Source of the DNA: Felis catus
Taxonomy: Eukaryota
Direction of reading: 5' to 3'
Assembly: GCF_018350175.1 (NCBI RefSeq)
Contig: NC_058368.1
Span: 138,820,001-138,884,000, forward strand
DNA: 64,000 nt
Shown here piece after piece: positions 60,992 to 64,000 of the stretch (position 1 is its first letter; each line of letters begins with the position of its first letter). The position numbers were made by a program, and so were the translations under genes. The notes under the pieces are model-generated. The model was not told the origin of the DNA, did not search any database, and was given only the letters and a program-made list of their open reading frames with translations.

Positions 60992-61220
60992 GGGGCGCCT
61001 GGGTGGCTCAGTCGGTTGAGCTTCCGACGGTGGCTCAGGTCATGATCTCACAGTTTGTGAGTTCGAGCCCCGCATCGGGCTCTGCGCTGACAGCGCAGAG
61101 CCTGGAGCCTGCTTCCAATTCTGTGTCCCCCTCTCTCTCTGCCCCGCCCCTGCTTGTGCTCTGTCTCTCTCTGTCTTTCAAAAATGAATAAACATTAAAA
61201 AAATTTTTTTTTAAAAAAAA
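60992..61220 (+). mobile_element. Can-SINE
   Basis: Head, CT tract and tail. CAACCCTG is repeated on both flanks. Confidence 0.95.
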
Positions 61221-61602
61221 GGTAGCTCAACCCTGCGATCCACCAGCGGGGTAAAGAAGAGGAATCCTAGAAAAGTGTATTACATTGGCAGGAGGTCCAG
61301 CTTCTTCCCCCTGAACTTCCAGGAACTCTTACCAACCCACACCCCACTACACCCACCTCTCTCTCCAATGGGCCCCATGCCCCCCTTTCAGACCTCCACC
61401 AGACCTGCCCAGCTGGAATTTCAAACGGGGACCAACTTAGTCATCACCGTGGTTAGCAAATGGATGTCTCCTCCCTGCTGCTGCAGCAGGAGAGAATTTT
61501 CTCGTCCAAAGTGAGCACTTAAAACCGTAACTGAGCTCTCTAACTACCACACATATACCCCTCCTACTTCCTCCTATATTCTTATCTCTGGGATAGCTCC
61601 GT

Positions 61603-62394
61603 TATAATGGTTAATTTTATGTGTCAGCTTAAATAATCACAGGATGCCCACCCAGGTTAAATGTTATTTCTGGGAGTGTCTGTGAGGATATTTCCAGATA
61701 AGATTAGTATTTGAATGTACGGACTCAAGAAAGTCAACTGCCCTCCCAGTGTGGGTGGGTATTATGGTCTGAATGTTTGTGTCCCCCCACCAAAATTCCT
61801 ATGTTGAGATCCTAATCCTCAAGCTGATGGTATTAGAAGGTGAGACTCTCGGGAGGTGATTGGTCCCCTTATAGAACAGGACCCGCAGAACTCCCTTGCC
61901 CCTTTGCTCCATATGAAGACAAAGCAAGAAGTCAATAGTATGAAACCAAGGAGAGAGCCCTCACCGGAAGTAGACCATTGCTGGTACCCTGATTTCAGAC
62001 TTCTGGCCTCCAGAACTGTGAGAGATAAATGTCCTCTGTTATAGGCCACCAGATCTGTGGTGCATCATTACAGTCCAAACAGACCAAACAGTGGGCACCA
62101 TCCAATCTCTCGAGGGGCTAAATAGAACAAAAGGCAGAAGAAGGAAGAATTTGCGCCCTTTCCCTCCTGCCTTGATGATTGAGATGGGACGTCTCATTTC
62201 ATTTTCTCCAGCCCTAGAGCTTGGATTTATACTACTGGCTCCCCTGGTTCTCAGGGGTTCAGACTCAAACTAAATTACACCACCAGCTTGCAGATGGAGA
62301 TCATGGGGCCTCGCGGCCTCTAAACTCTGTGAGTCAATTCCTCATAATAAATCTTCCATCGATTCTGTTTCCCTGGAGAACCCTGACTTGTACC
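61603..62394 (+). mobile_element. ERVL MLT2-like solo LTR interrupted by an MLT1A-like LTR
   Basis: Starts ATGGTTAATTTTATGTGTCA and ends TTCTGTTTCCCTGGAGAACCCTGAC. The sequence resumes at 62091 after the insert. Confidence 0.9.
61760..62090 (+). mobile_element. MaLR MLT1A-like solo LTR nested in MLT2
   Basis: TATGGTCTGAATGTTTGTGTCCCCCC...CCTCCAGAACTGTGAGAGATAAATGTC...AAACA, with 5-bp TSD GTGGG at 61755-61759 and 62091-62095. Confidence 0.9.
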
Positions 62395-64000
62395 CTCCTC
62401 AAGTCCCCACCTCGGACAGTAAGACCCGCACCTCTCCCTCGCCTCCCACATCTGAATCAGCCAAGTCCTTAGAGACGCAAAGCATCATCACATCACTTCT
62501 TCCCTCAGTGACTGAGATCTTCTGTAACTACCCTCTCCCTGCTTCCAGTCTGTTCCTTCGCCCCTCCTTTTCCCAATAGGGTACCACGGAGCTGCCACAA
62601 AAAATGATATAAAGCTGCTCGTGCTTACCATCAAGCCTTCCTGATGCCTCAGGCATAAAGTTGAAATGCCTCTATGTGTCATGTGAGACACTTTCTGATC
62701 TACTTCTCTCTCTCTCTCTCTTTTCCCCCATAATGGAATCGTTTAACCAGTTGAAACAAAAGGAGATGTACTGAAAGGATATGGGGGCTGAGGCTTGGGA
62801 AGAGGCAGGAACCATGGATACTAAGGGGGAAATAGAATGGACAGCAGGAGTGTTCCAATGGGAACAATCCACGAGGCATGACAGTATCGCAGTGAATTAC
62901 CTCCAAGTCTTCATTCCAGCCTTGGGTCAAAAGTGAAGTTCAAGGAGAGAGAATCCGAATGGCATAGCTCAGCTTGCTGTCGTTGTACTATTGAGATCAC
63001 GTAAGGAAGGGTGTTTAACTCAAGTCTCTAGGAGAAAGGGACCTGTGTATTCCCTCCTGTCGACAGTACAACAGTGGGCACTGGGTAAGGAGACAGATTA
63101 AGTCCCCAGAATAAATCAGTGTGGGGTGCAGCTGCTGGTCATCCGAAAAGTAACAATTGTGTATGTCACGATGCTGTTTTTCTTGAAACACTTCATCCCA
63201 CCCTACCCACCCACCATTACCACCCTCATCCTGCCTGATGCATTCTTGCTTCTTCTGGGAAGCTTAGCTCTGCATTACCTCATCTAGGATGTCTTCTTTG
63301 AACCCCACAGTCTATGTGAGGGGCCCCTCTTCTGCATATCTTCATTATCGCTCTCATCATACCAAGCTGAAATGATTTCTTTGTCCTCTTCCACGATTAT
63401 GAGTTAAATGGCCCCTTGTGAACTGCCAAGGAATCCTTAACCACCAAGGGTAACACTGAAAAAAAATGCAGATGCGTTTCAAACAATTGATTTAAATATA
63501 GTGACCTGCCAAAAATGTTTTTTTGGACTGCCTTACGAAACCATTTTTAATGAAAGAAATGGAGGCTTCTCTGGGAAGCCCTAAGAAATCCCTGAATAAT
63601 TCATGCATCTCTACACTGCTGCAGTGATTTGCATACTGCACACCTAAGGGGATTCTAGAACCAAATCCAGTCTCACCTTTGGTTCCTCGCTGATGTAATT
63701 CAGCAGCATATCATGACTTTTCTCTCCAGGCTAAAGCAAATAAGCTCATTGAATGCTTGGTTGGGATTCCTAATCTGTGGGAATTTTCTGTTTGTTTTAA
63801 TATCTGCGAAGAATCTTAGTTTAATGTGTGGAAAGAGAGAAACATATTAATATATTTCTATAACCATCTTGTGTGCTTTTGAGAATGATTCATTCATTTT
63901 TAAACCATGTTCCCTACTAAATTAGTCTGGCTGTCCTCCAGATCCATTTCGTTAGAGGATATTACAAATGTATTACAAAAGGGCTTGCTAAGTGAATCAT

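Overview
This is 64 kb of non-coding felid (cat-family) genomic DNA, either intronic or intergenic. The species call is an inference from about 41 carnivore tRNA-derived Can-SINEs, about 10 of them near-identical young felid-type copies with intact target-site duplications (TSDs), and from carnivore-type L1 3' ends. I recognise no protein-coding exon, no CpG island and no intact RNA gene. The longer ORFs in the track come from SINEs or L1 ORF2 remnants, or arise by chance. The window also holds older mammalian repeats (MIR, L2, L1M, MLT1/MLT2, LTR16, LTR40, MER5/45/58/103, Tigger), several of them nested. Repeat family names come from my recall of consensus sequences and were not checked against a database. 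I did not find a new biological system. The best-supported curiosities are: (1) a 30-nt 3'-truncated U6 retrocopy with a 12-bp TSD; (2) a young SINE carrying a 40-bp tandem duplication of its B box; (3) one insertion site used twice, leaving three copies of the target; (4) a triple-nested SINE stack; (5) a young SINE positioned to form a stop-free 198-nt cassette exon on the minus strand; (6) closely spaced inverted SINE pairs; (7) two hairpins in unique sequence; and (8) a few strong transcription-factor motifs.
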